From Armatimonadota bacterium (GTDB lineage Bacteria > Armatimonadota > UBA5829 > DTLH01): a stretch of DNA of 34,408 bases. A model generated the notes under the pieces. That model ran no database searches and was not told where the DNA came from. It saw nothing but the letters and a program-made list of their open reading frames with translations. The stretch covers positions 1 to 34,408 of the forward strand of contig JBDKSP010000027.1 in assembly GCA_039680575.1 (NCBI GenBank). Direction: 5' to 3'. A program made the translations under genes and the position numbers. This document shows positions 1 through 8,299 of this stretch, piece by piece. Numbering within the stretch: position 1 is the first letter of the stretch; each line of letters opens with the position of its first letter.

Positions 1-101
1 TCTGTATAGAAGTCCCGTAATCATCCTTTTTCGCGTATCAATACTAACAATCCCGCCATTTTTCCAGACCAATCCTATACACCCGATAATCATATACAAG
101 C

Positions 102-380
102 TCACTGTCTAAAAACGATGCTCCTGATATCGCCTTCCCATTTGTTGACTTCGGTAAAAGTCAAAGGAACCGAATCGGCAGTTACACCGGTTACCGCTGT
201 GTCATCTGTTACCTCTGCGATGACATGGACGAGATCGCCCGGAGCAGCCATCACAGGCGAGACAGTCACGGAACTCACAACAGGAGAAGTGACATCCTGT
301 GCGATTGCGGCACTCACCGTAAAAAGCAATAATGCCAGTAAAATGAAGACGAATCTCCTGATTCTCAATTCTAACCCCAC
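102..380 (-). pseudogene. Secreted protein N-terminus (signal peptide plus start of an Ig-like domain), apparently truncated
   Basis: GTG start, signal peptide (RIRR-FVFILLALLLFTVSAAIA|Q) and beta-rich D-x-T-x-P-x-V...V-T-D-D-x-x-V motif typical of bacterial Ig-like modules. It ends abruptly after WEGDI with a 7-residue tail unrelated to the fold. Confidence 0.5.
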
Positions 381-686
381 CTTTTCCGGGTTTAAACCCT
401 GTTTCGCCTGCGACTAGAACAGGCATGCGTATTGTACATTAATACAATCATTTAATACTTGTGTCAATACATTTGGATGATTCAACAGCGGGTTTAGCAT
501 AGATACAGTATAATTACCAGGTTTGCGGATAGAGGGTTGAACCTGATACTGTCCGTTTGTGGAAACAACCAAGAGGATGAAAACGACTTATTTTCTACCG
601 TTGTATCGGGAAACCTTTTCCCGATACTGCTCTGACGTCCATAAACAAGTTTCGGGGCAAATGTACCCCGAAACAACGAAAACATG

Positions 687-726
687 AATATCGGGGCGGC
701 TTCGGCAAGACCGCCGCCCCGATATT
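687..726 (-). terminator. Strong hairpin downstream of ybaB (probable terminator, possibly bidirectional)
   Basis: Perfect 14-bp inverted repeat AATATCGGGGCGGC (687-700) / GCCGCCCCGATATT (713-726), 10 nt past the ybaB stop. U-tract is weak. Confidence 0.6.
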
Positions 727-736
727 TAAATCATTC

Positions 737-1090
737 CTAAAACCCGGGGATATTCATGCCTGGAGGAAGTCCCATGCCGCCCGCCAGTTCCTGCATTTTC
801 TCGGCGCGCCGCTCGTTTGCGCGCTCCAGCGCCTCACGTACCGCGCTTGTCACCAGATCCTGAAGCATTTCTACATCTTCGGGATCGACCACTTCCGGGT
901 TTATCTTCACTTCGAGAAGCTGGGGAACGCCATTCATTACTGCAGTGACCATTCCACCGCCGGAACTCGCCTCTATTCTCTCCTCGGCAAGCTCCTGCTC
1001 CATCTTCTCACGGTCCTCAGTGATCTTCTGGACCTGCTTCATTATCGATTGCATGTTAAACCCGCCAAAGCCACCAGGCATTTTAGGCAT
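737..1090 (-). CDS. ybaB: YbaB/EbfC family nucleoid-associated protein
   Basis: Motifs SGGGMVTAVMNG and KINPEVVDPEDVEMLQDLV; directly downstream of dnaX. Confidence 0.95.
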   Translation of the reverse strand: MPKMPGGFGGFNMQSIMKQVQKITEDREKMEQELAEERIEASSGGGMVTAVMNGVPQLLEVKINPEVVDPEDVEMLQDLVTSAVREALERANERRAEKMQELAGGMGLPPGMNIPGF

Positions 1091-1093
1091 ATA

Positions 1094-2794
1094 TCAATTC
1101 TCCTCCCAGGGATTATAATTTTCGTCGTCTACATCCTTGACGACTGATCCGCCAAACATCTGCAGCACGTCCTGCACCATATCGCCCGTGTCTGCACTAT
1201 CAAGTTGAGCAGGCGCGGCTTCCGGTGCAGCCTCAACCGGTGTAGAAACCTCAGGTTTTGCCGGCTGTAATACCGTGACTTTTATAGAAAACTTCCTTCC
1301 GAGCACCGCTTCGAACGCACGGCTGATTATCTCGATGTTCGCGGACGACTGGACGTTCTGAACGTGGAATTTCCACTTTTCCGCATAACCCAAAGTTATG
1401 AACTTATCATCAACGGCCGCGACTTCAGCTTCCCTAAGCGTCCCGATAAGAAGCGCCTTACGTTGAACATCCTTAATATGCTTCAAGACCCTCGGCCAAG
1501 CCTGTCTTGCCCGCGCCAGCCCTACTTCAACGTTCGGATCGACATCGGCTGCCAAAGGCTCATCATCTACAGGCTGCGGAACTGGCGTTGGCGCTTCAAC
1601 CGGATTAGCGGCCTGCCTCGGAGCAGGCTGCGGCGCTCTTGGAGCCGTCTTCGGTGGTTTATTCGCGGATGAAGACAGGCGTACCGGCTCGGCAGGTTGT
1701 TGAGCTGCCGGTATTGCCTGCTGCGGTTGAGCCTGCGGGTAAATCGCTTTCAAAAATGCCAGTTCCAGGACCAGTCTGTGCTGATCGTTCCAGCGGAGGT
1801 CTCTTTCGGCGGATGCAAACACCTCTACAAGCGACACCAACTGTTCGCGGCTGTACTGCCTGGCTCGTTCGGCTGCTTTTACACTCGTTTCAGCCCCTGC
1901 TCCGACTGCGGCAGCCAGCAGATCGCGGAAATGCCCCGCAATCGCTTTGATCAACTCCCTGACATCTTTACCCTCATGTATCAACCGTCCGGCAAGCTCG
2001 AACGCCGCAGTAGCGTCTTTTCTTGCTACAACATCGGAGACTTCGAACAGTACATCTTCATCCACCGTTCCCAATACCGTATTCACATGCTCCACTGTTA
2101 CGCTGTCATTCGTAAAAGACATGACCTGTTCGAGCAGGCTCAAAGCATCCCGCCATGATCCCCGCCCGTTTCGCGCAAGAACATCAATGGCGGCGGCGTC
2201 GGCTCCCCTGCCCTCCTGATCAAGCACATACCTGAGCCTGGAACCAATATCGCCCACACTCCCGCGTCTGAAATCGAACTGCTGGCAGCGTGAACGTATG
2301 GTCAGCGGAATCTCGTGCGCCTCGGTTGTCGCAAGGATAAAAATCGCATGGGACGGAGGCTCTTCAAGTGTTTTGAGGAACGCATCTTTCGCAGCATCAG
2401 ACAACTGGTGCGCTTCATCGATAACGAAGACCTTGTATCTGAGGTGCATCGGAGGATATTTGACGTTATCGCGGATCTCTTTGATGTCTTCGATGCCCCT
2501 GTTCGAAGCTGCGTCAAGCTCGACCACATCGACCGCGGAACCGTCCATAACACTCTTACATGCATCGCACTCGTTGCAGGGGGTCGGAGTAGGCCCGTGC
2601 TCGCAGTTGACGGCTTTCGCGATGAGCCTCGCTACCGTAGTCTTTCCTGTACCCCTGGAACCGCAGAAGAGATACGCGTGGCCGATTCTTCCGGATCTTA
2701 TGGCGTTTTGCAAAGTCCGGGTTACGTGGTCCTGTCCCACTACATCATCGAAAGTCTGGGACCTGTATTTGCGGTAAAGTGATACGTAGGACAT
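1094..2794 (-). CDS. dnaX: DNA polymerase III subunit gamma/tau
   Basis: YRKYRSQTFDDVVGQ, Walker A GSRGTGKT, Zn motif C...PCNECDAC, DAASNRG, IDEAH, SRC motif, Pro/Ala-rich linker and C-terminal tau domain. Confidence 0.98.
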   Translation of the reverse strand: MSYVSLYRKYRSQTFDDVVGQDHVTRTLQNAIRSGRIGHAYLFCGSRGTGKTTVARLIAKAVNCEHGPTPTPCNECDACKSVMDGSAVDVVELDAASNRGIEDIKEIRDNVKYPPMHLRYKVFVIDEAHQLSDAAKDAFLKTLEEPPSHAIFILATTEAHEIPLTIRSRCQQFDFRRGSVGDIGSRLRYVLDQEGRGADAAAIDVLARNGRGSWRDALSLLEQVMSFTNDSVTVEHVNTVLGTVDEDVLFEVSDVVARKDATAAFELAGRLIHEGKDVRELIKAIAGHFRDLLAAAVGAGAETSVKAAERARQYSREQLVSLVEVFASAERDLRWNDQHRLVLELAFLKAIYPQAQPQQAIPAAQQPAEPVRLSSSANKPPKTAPRAPQPAPRQAANPVEAPTPVPQPVDDEPLAADVDPNVEVGLARARQAWPRVLKHIKDVQRKALLIGTLREAEVAAVDDKFITLGYAEKWKFHVQNVQSSANIEIISRAFEAVLGRKFSIKVTVLQPAKPEVSTPVEAAPEAAPAQLDSADTGDMVQDVLQMFGGSVVKDVDDENYNPWEEN

Positions 2795-2822
2795 AGATAC
2801 AGTGTTGGTTCAAGTTAATCCC

Positions 2823-3109
2823 CATCAGGTGATCGTGCACCTGCCGTCGATACGCCTGTCCAAGTGTTACCTTATGAAAGGCAGCTCCAGTCAGGACACC
2901 TGGCGGCACATGGGCGAACCTGTTTACCGCTGCTTCCTTCCGGACCTGACGGGGTTCGCAGGACGGCCATTGCGCCGGGCCCGACTATCAACGCTCCTAA
3001 ACACAAGTACGCCTCGAACAAACGCACCTCTAGCAGGAATTCGACCCCGCTATAGCGGATTGCGGGTGCAGGGCACCGCTGGCTCCCCGTCTAGCACGAT
3101 CACCTGATG
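2823..3109 (-). ncRNA. ffs: Signal recognition particle RNA, large (Alu-domain-containing) bacterial type
   Basis: Minus strand carries helix-8 signature CCCCGTCAGGTCCGGAAGGAAGCAGCGGT and 5' Alu-like segment GTGCTAGACGGGGAGCCAGCGGTGCCCTGCACCCGCAATCCGCTATAGCGGGG. Ends pair in a perfect 16-bp stem (2823-2838 / 3094-3109). Canonical position upstream of dnaX. Confidence 0.93.
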
Positions 3110-3148
3110 AGGACTATGGAGGTATACCCCCAAATCTTTAGTCCTGTA

Positions 3149-3154
3149 ATTATA
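3149..3154 (-). promoter_or_regulatory. Putative -10 box for SRP RNA/dnaX
   Basis: TATAAT on minus strand about 40 nt upstream of the SRP terminal stem. No clear -35. Confidence 0.45.
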
Positions 3155-3192
3155 CTACATCCTGCATTGCTTTCCTAGTAGGAAAAACACAT

Positions 3193-3232
3193 AAAAAAAC
3201 GGCCGGAGCCATTCTATGCGTTCCGGCCGTTT
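3193..3232 (-). terminator. Rho-independent terminator of the ABC/TPR operon
   Basis: Stem AAACGGCCGGA (3197-3207) / TCCGGCCGTTT (3222-3232) with a T7 run on the minus strand, 13 nt after the TPR gene stop. Confidence 0.85.
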
Positions 3233-3245
3233 AGTGTATTCTTTT

Positions 3246-4727
3246 TTATAGAATATCGCTTTTCTTCAGGATAAAGTCCTTCCGAAGAATCCTCACACCA
3301 GGAATGGTCTTGGTATCCAGATAGTGCTTGTCGGTAAGCCCTTCGCCAAGCCAGCCTATCCGATCCTGGATAAAATCAGGCGCTTCCTGAGGGTTCATCC
3401 AGACACTTAAGCGATACTTATCTTTAGTAAACGGGTATTTTTCAGGGTTAAGGCTCATATCGATCGTTATACTAAACTTGCCTTCTCTGATCCCGGTATC
3501 ATCCATCATAACCGTCTGGGTCTTGTCCACTTCCCAGTCGAACGAGTTCAATCCCTTCATATGGAAGTAATCATAATCCATATCGGCCAACAGGATTCTG
3601 AGCCTTGCGCCGCTCTGCCACTTTGCCCTTCTATCCGCTGGGAGCGATTGGTTGGTCTTATACCATTGCGTAAACGGCTCGGACGCCAGGCCCTTGTATT
3701 CTTCAGCAGGGACAAGGTTCACCGTCCCTGAAATGAGCAGCTCGCCTGGTTTTAATTTCTTCCAGGTAACGTTAAATTTGGCGTCTACCGGCGGCAAGGT
3801 ATCGATTTTGGTCTTGCCGCTGGTAACCAGCCCGGCATAATGCTTTCTGGCGGCCGCAACAGCGCGAGCCTCGTTCAAGTCCGGCTGTTTGATCGAATCA
3901 AATATGTCGAGGCCGCGTTTATATGCACTCAAATCACCGGTCCGCCATGCATACCTGAGAAGCATCAGGCCGAGGTTTCGTTTGCAGATACTGACATCTT
4001 GTTGATTGCTGTAATCATTCTTCTTCCGGGCGCGTTCTTCAGCTGCACGCAGGGTCTCTCTCCACTTAACCTCAGCGCGGTCTATGTCACCGACCCGCTC
4101 ATAGGCATGTGCGACCATTCTATCGATGAACGCAGGTCTTGGCAGTCTAGCGCCGGTGTTAGGATCACAGGCGCCGCGTTTCGAAGATTCCTCAAGCCAC
4201 TTCGCAGCGCCGGAATAATCCTTTAATTTCTGTTGGTAATGCATCCAACCGAGCTCGAAGTAAAGGTCGTACACGTCAGGATTGTTACTAATTCCTTCTT
4301 TGAGAAGCGCAATAGCCGGAGGAATATACCGCCTGTCCGAGCGCTGCTCCTGATCTACAAAGTTATAATCCAAATGCCACGAACCGGTACTGTACACATC
4401 CAACTGATGAGGGTCGAGCCATGTGACGACCCTTACGATCGGTAGAATCGCCTCGAATTCACCGGAATGGAAAAACTCATCGGCACGGGCCCACAATACA
4501 CTCGCAACTGCTTCCCGCATTCCCATCGCCGCAGCACCCATGAACTGCAGAGACATGTCGAACAGCAGGCTTGTTTTACGTGTATCCTTGTCCGTAAGCA
4601 CATCCGTAGAACGGAATGGAGCGCCGGGCGCGTATTTGAGCCGATCCATCGGTATGCTGCACATATAAGACGCTGCAAGCATCACGACTATCAGCCCTAA
4701 AAGAACAATTCGCGTCTGCCGAGTCAC
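3246..4727 (-). CDS. Membrane-anchored TPR-like protein (PilG/XapA-like partner of the ABC transporter)
   Basis: N-terminal hydrophobic helix; helical TPR-like segments (VTWLDPHQLDVY, AIALLKEGISNNPDVYDLYFELGW, AHAYERVGDIDRA); beta-rich C-terminal domain; co-transcribed with ABC genes. Confidence 0.7.
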   Translation of the reverse strand: MTRQTRIVLLGLIVVMLAASYMCSIPMDRLKYAPGAPFRSTDVLTDKDTRKTSLLFDMSLQFMGAAAMGMREAVASVLWARADEFFHSGEFEAILPIVRVVTWLDPHQLDVYSTGSWHLDYNFVDQEQRSDRRYIPPAIALLKEGISNNPDVYDLYFELGWMHYQQKLKDYSGAAKWLEESSKRGACDPNTGARLPRPAFIDRMVAHAYERVGDIDRAEVKWRETLRAAEERARKKNDYSNQQDVSICKRNLGLMLLRYAWRTGDLSAYKRGLDIFDSIKQPDLNEARAVAAARKHYAGLVTSGKTKIDTLPPVDAKFNVTWKKLKPGELLISGTVNLVPAEEYKGLASEPFTQWYKTNQSLPADRRAKWQSGARLRILLADMDYDYFHMKGLNSFDWEVDKTQTVMMDDTGIREGKFSITIDMSLNPEKYPFTKDKYRLSVWMNPQEAPDFIQDRIGWLGEGLTDKHYLDTKTIPGVRILRKDFILKKSDIL

Positions 4728-4730
4728 AAG

Positions 4731-5597
4731 CTACACCTCCTTCCGGTCAAATAAAAGCACTGCTGCAATCATCAAGAACATAACAATAAGAAGTGCCTTC
4801 AGGACGCCTATTACGACGTAGACTTCCATACTTCTGGCCTCGAAGTGGGGGTGGATTATCTTGTTTTGAATATTGTAGTAATCAAAGTTCGGAATTATTC
4901 TGTGCATGGCCCAGTAGAATGCCTTAACAAGCGGCGAGATATCTTTATTCTTGCTATCCGCTATCGACTGCCAAACAGCGGATGTACTGCCGATGACGTA
5001 GACCGCAGAACTTGCAAAGAAGTTTACAGTAGGTGTAAGGAACACGGAGAAGAACACTACAACCGCAGACAGAATGAAAAACTGACAGTATATAAAAAGG
5101 ACTCCGATTAGAAGAGTCGGATCGAATATCCTGGGCTTGACCGCCGCCGCTGCCTGATCGCCCATTGCAAGCATACTGCTTGCCTGTGTGCCAAGGCTCG
5201 ATACATTGCCGCTCAAGGCTGCTTTAACAGTCACCATGATAATGAATACGATTCCCATCAAGGCGATGTTAACGGTCAGAGTAAGAACGCCTCCGATGAA
5301 CTTGCCCAGCACGAATTCGTACCGATTAACAGGTTTGGAAAGAATAGTGTAGAGTGTGCGGCGTTCCACTTCGGTCGGGATCAACGAAACACATAGTATT
5401 AGACTTATGATGAACCCTGCAAGCAGGATAATGAAGAGTCCAAGGCTCTTCACAACCGTCATATCCGACTGAAACCCCAACTGAGTGAAACTTAACGACA
5501 ACACAATCATAGCAACGGCGACAATGAGAAAGACATTCAAGATCTTCTTTCTCATAGCTTCGCTGAAAGTAGTTTTAGCAATTGTCCAGATTACCAT
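4731..5597 (-). CDS. ABC-2 type transporter permease (PilI/XapB-like)
   Basis: IAKTTFSEAMRKKIL N-terminus, EVERRTLYTILSKPVNRYEFVLGKFIG motif, about 6 TM helices, C-terminal FDRKEV. Confidence 0.9.
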   Translation of the reverse strand: MVIWTIAKTTFSEAMRKKILNVFLIVAVAMIVLSLSFTQLGFQSDMTVVKSLGLFIILLAGFIISLILCVSLIPTEVERRTLYTILSKPVNRYEFVLGKFIGGVLTLTVNIALMGIVFIIMVTVKAALSGNVSSLGTQASSMLAMGDQAAAAVKPRIFDPTLLIGVLFIYCQFFILSAVVVFFSVFLTPTVNFFASSAVYVIGSTSAVWQSIADSKNKDISPLVKAFYWAMHRIIPNFDYYNIQNKIIHPHFEARSMEVYVVIGVLKALLIVMFLMIAAVLLFDRKEV

Positions 5598-6517
5598 TAA
5601 TGACCTCCCCTGACGGTATCGACGAACAGTTTCTCCAGAGTCCGCCGTCGCGGGTTGACCGAAACAAGCGCTGCATTTGACTTGAGCAAAAGGTCTATTA
5701 CCGGATTGAGTGATTCTTCGCTCTGCGCATAAGCAGTGAGTCTGCCTGCATGGAGTTCACACTCATCGACCAGCGGCTTGACCTTCTCCACTGTCTGCTC
5801 ATCTACTTTGTCGGCAATTATCTCCACCTGTTTCGTGGTGAGCAGTTCTTTTACATCGCCCATCATTGCAAGTTTACCGCCGACCAAAATAGCAACTCTG
5901 TTTGCGATCATCTCGATATCACCGAGCTGGTGGGAGCTGACGAAAACGGTCTTTCCCTGCGCCCTGAGATCAAGAATCAGGTTGCAGATGTCTGCATGAG
6001 CGATGGGGTCCAGGCCAGACGTTGGTTCGTCAAGAAAAACAAGATCGGGATCATTCAAAAGCGCCTGTGCGATTCCGACTCGCTGCAGCATACCTTTTGA
6101 GTAGTGCCTGAGCTGTTTATCGGCGGCTTCCGATAAACCGACAGTCTCCAACAACTCGTCCACGCGCTTCTTTTTTACATCCTTTTCGAGCTTGAACAGA
6201 CTGGCGTAAAACTCCAGGATCTCACGCACGCTCATGTGCTCGTAGAAGTACGGACTTTCCGGTAAGTAACTGATCCTCTTCTTCACTTCGATGTCCCCGG
6301 CAGGACTGCCGAGAACCTTGACTTTACCGGCTGATGGAAACAGAAGTCCGAGAAGTATCTTTATTGTGGTGGTTTTGCCTGCTCCGTTAGGTCCGAGGAA
6401 ACCGAATATCTCGCCTTCCTTGACTTCAAGGTTCAGATCGTTCACCGCGATGAGCTCACCGCCCATCGGGCTTTTGAACCTTTTCATCAGACCCTGGATC
6501 TCTATGGCTGCTGCCAA
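5597..6517 (-). CDS. ABC transporter ATP-binding protein (PilH/XapD-like)
   Basis: Walker A GPNGAGKTT, YLPE Q-loop region, signature YSKGMLQR, Walker B VFLDEPT, SSH switch; TTG start with GGAGG RBS. Confidence 0.95.
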   Translation of the reverse strand: MAAAIEIQGLMKRFKSPMGGELIAVNDLNLEVKEGEIFGFLGPNGAGKTTTIKILLGLLFPSAGKVKVLGSPAGDIEVKKRISYLPESPYFYEHMSVREILEFYASLFKLEKDVKKKRVDELLETVGLSEAADKQLRHYSKGMLQRVGIAQALLNDPDLVFLDEPTSGLDPIAHADICNLILDLRAQGKTVFVSSHQLGDIEMIANRVAILVGGKLAMMGDVKELLTTKQVEIIADKVDEQTVEKVKPLVDECELHAGRLTAYAQSEESLNPVIDLLLKSNAALVSVNPRRRTLEKLFVDTVRGGH

Positions 6518-6584
6518 ATCCGTAACCTCCAGTGACTAAAAGTATTTCAAGTTATGAGACAAACTCAGCTGTATGTCCCACAAA

Positions 6585-6613
6585 AGTATACCTTTGCCTA
6601 TGTAGCGTGTCAA
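6585..6613 (-). promoter_or_regulatory. Sigma70-type promoter of the ABC/TPR operon
   Basis: TTGACA (6608-6613) - 17 nt - TATACT (6585-6590) on the minus strand, about 70 nt upstream of the start. Confidence 0.8.
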
Positions 6614-6733
6614 CAAAGCCATGCGGGACAAAGAAGCCTCATCTATTTTCTATACGAGCGCTTAAGTCCGCTTGGTTCCCAGAAATTTTAGAAGATTACA
6701 GGGTTTTGGATTTTAAAGATCGATGCCAATAGA

Positions 6734-6807
6734 AAAGCGGCGTCAAGCCGCCGCGCTCCAAAAATCAGTGAATGTAGTGCTTCGGGACGAACTACGGTCT
6801 CGAAGCA
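6734..6807. repeat. Two REP-like palindromes
   Basis: AAAGCGGC-GTCAA-GCCGCCGCGCTCCAAA (6734-6762), and GTAG followed by an 11-bp stem TGCTTCGGGAC / GTCTCGAAGCA (6774-6807, one G-U pair). Confidence 0.45.
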
Positions 6808-6866
6808 TAATTCGCGTTTCAAAACTGATAGCCGACGGCTGAAACCAATTGCTTTTTCCGTTCTCC

Positions 6867-7730
6867 CTAACCATGCCCCCTGCTCCGGCGGCTGGGAGGA
6901 GCTGTGGGATGTTCATAGGGAATCGGGATATATTCTACGCTGGGGCGGCGGGCGCCGGGCTGCGGGTAAAGTTTCATCAGGCTGTAGACTTCGACCGGCA
7001 TATCCGTCGTAACATGCAGCTTGAGCAATTCAGCTTCTTCTATGGTAATTGGATAGTCGTGCGTCCAACGGCCTTCTGTAAGGATTCCTGTAACTTCGTC
7101 AGCCTGGTCCGGGGGCATTTTGCCGTCGAGTATCCTCCGTACAAGGTAACTTACCTGCCGCCGGGCTTTCACTGCGACATCGGCCAGTATAAGCGTCCGG
7201 TCGTCTATCTCGTTTATTGCTTTACGCTCTATCACCGTAAGCACTGATGCTGCAGGATACTCTCCCAACTGCGGATCGATAGGTCCCAGGACAGCATTTC
7301 GATCCATTACTATCTCATCAGCGGCAAGTGCGACCAGCGTACCGCCCGACATCGCGTAATGAGGGACAAAAATCGTCACTTTTGCTTTATGCGACTTGAT
7401 AGCCAGTGCAATCTGCTCACTTGCAAGCACCAGACCGCCTGGAGTATGAAGCACTATATCTATCGGCATATCGGAAGGTGTAAGTCTGATCGCACGAAGG
7501 ATTTCTTCGCTGTCTTCTATATTTATATATCGGAATAAAGGAAAACCGAGAAACGCCATCTGTTCCTGACGGTGGATCATAACAATTACTCTCGAACGCC
7601 GTCTTCGTTCCAGACCATGGATGAGCCTGATGCGCGCGTTCATCAACGCCCGCTGTCTGAATACCGGCAGAAGGACAGCTATGATAAAGATCAGCCAAAA
7701 TACTTGTGCAATCACACCTGTATATTCCAT
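6867..7730 (-). CDS. ClpP-class periplasmic/membrane serine protease (SDH_sah family)
   Basis: IHRQE, LHTPGGLVLA, catalytic AMSGGT, AADEIVMD, LGPIDPQ, RWTHDYP. Start placed at 7730 (GGAGGGAG RBS; the upstream ATG at 7763 overlaps a TATAAT box at 7762-7767). Confidence 0.92.
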   Translation of the reverse strand: MEYTGVIAQVFWLIFIIAVLLPVFRQRALMNARIRLIHGLERRRRSRVIVMIHRQEQMAFLGFPLFRYINIEDSEEILRAIRLTPSDMPIDIVLHTPGGLVLASEQIALAIKSHKAKVTIFVPHYAMSGGTLVALAADEIVMDRNAVLGPIDPQLGEYPAASVLTVIERKAINEIDDRTLILADVAVKARRQVSYLVRRILDGKMPPDQADEVTGILTEGRWTHDYPITIEEAELLKLHVTTDMPVEVYSLMKLYPQPGARRPSVEYIPIPYEHPTAPPSRRSRGHG

Positions 7731-7804
7731 CTCTCCCTCCATGGACAGCAAATGTCTCAACATTATACCCAGATATGATGGAAACGGGCGACAGGAAGCA
7801 GAAA

Positions 7805-7834
7805 AGCTATCAGCATTCAGCCGTCAGCTATCAG
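7805..7834. repeat. Heptamer tandem repeat (AGCnnTC)x4
   Basis: AGCTATC AGCATTC AGCCGTC AGCTATC AG. Reverse-complement copy at about 6825-6842 and another array at 31885-31952. Confidence 0.75.
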
Positions 7835-7839
7835 TAAAG

Positions 7840-8030
7840 ACGCCATGCTGAACAACCAGCACGCCACCCTGAAACTATCCCCGGAAGATTTTCGGCTATA
7901 GCCGAAAAATCCATAGATTCAGGGCCCATTTTCTTCCTGAATGCTGAATCAAGTTCAGCATGACGTTGTGGCTGTTCGGAATGATGTTGTGGTAGTTCGG
8001 AATGATGTTGTGATAATTCAGCATGATGCT
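7840..8030. repeat. Composite palindromic element with 21-bp tandem units
   Basis: Left units ACGCCATGCTGAAC and ACGCCACCCTGAA; core hairpin ATGCTGAA-TCAAG-TTCAGCAT; right arm with about four 21-bp units such as GTTCGGAATGATGTTGTGGTA; perfect 20-bp palindrome TTTTCGGCTATAGCCGAAAA at 7889-7908. Confidence 0.75.
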
Positions 8031-8186
8031 ATACTCATCAATTCTCCTAACTAACACGACATAGCGTGCTAGTTTTTTAGATAACTCGGCGCGCCGGGTG
8101 GGACACTGAATTCTTACTTCTGGCTTGGTATCAACCTGCCATATGGTATATAATCTCTGTAGATATAATACGGCTGGACAGCGAAC

Positions 8187-8218
8187 GGAACATTTAGCTC
8201 CTAGAGAGAGTCATATTT
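8187..8218 (+). promoter_or_regulatory. Putative alternative (ECF-like) sigma promoter GGAAC-N18-GTC
   Basis: GGAAC (8187-8191), 18 nt, GTCATA (8210-8215). Same spacing recurs at 19476-19501. Confidence 0.45.
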
Positions 8219-8299
8219 ATGAATTAGCAGCCGAATTATATGGTTCCAACGACGCACAGTCCGGTTGCGAGCAGCTTTTGCTCGCTTGGGACTGATTGA

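Noticed and set aside
381..430. c-di-GMP or other riboswitch in the leader of the truncated gene
   Set aside because: Only two short hairpins (GCCTG/CAGGC and GGGTTTAAACCC); conserved aptamer motifs are absent.
1094..2794. Programmed -1 frameshift or slippage site in dnaX
   Set aside because: No A AAA AAG or A9 run was seen on the coding strand by eye.
2802..3107. 101-aa and 63-aa + strand ORFs
   Set aside because: They are antisense shadows of the SRP RNA gene.
7953..8030. 21-bp periodic repeats as a CRISPR array
   Set aside because: Period is too short, there are no unique ~30-nt spacers, and no cas genes are nearby.
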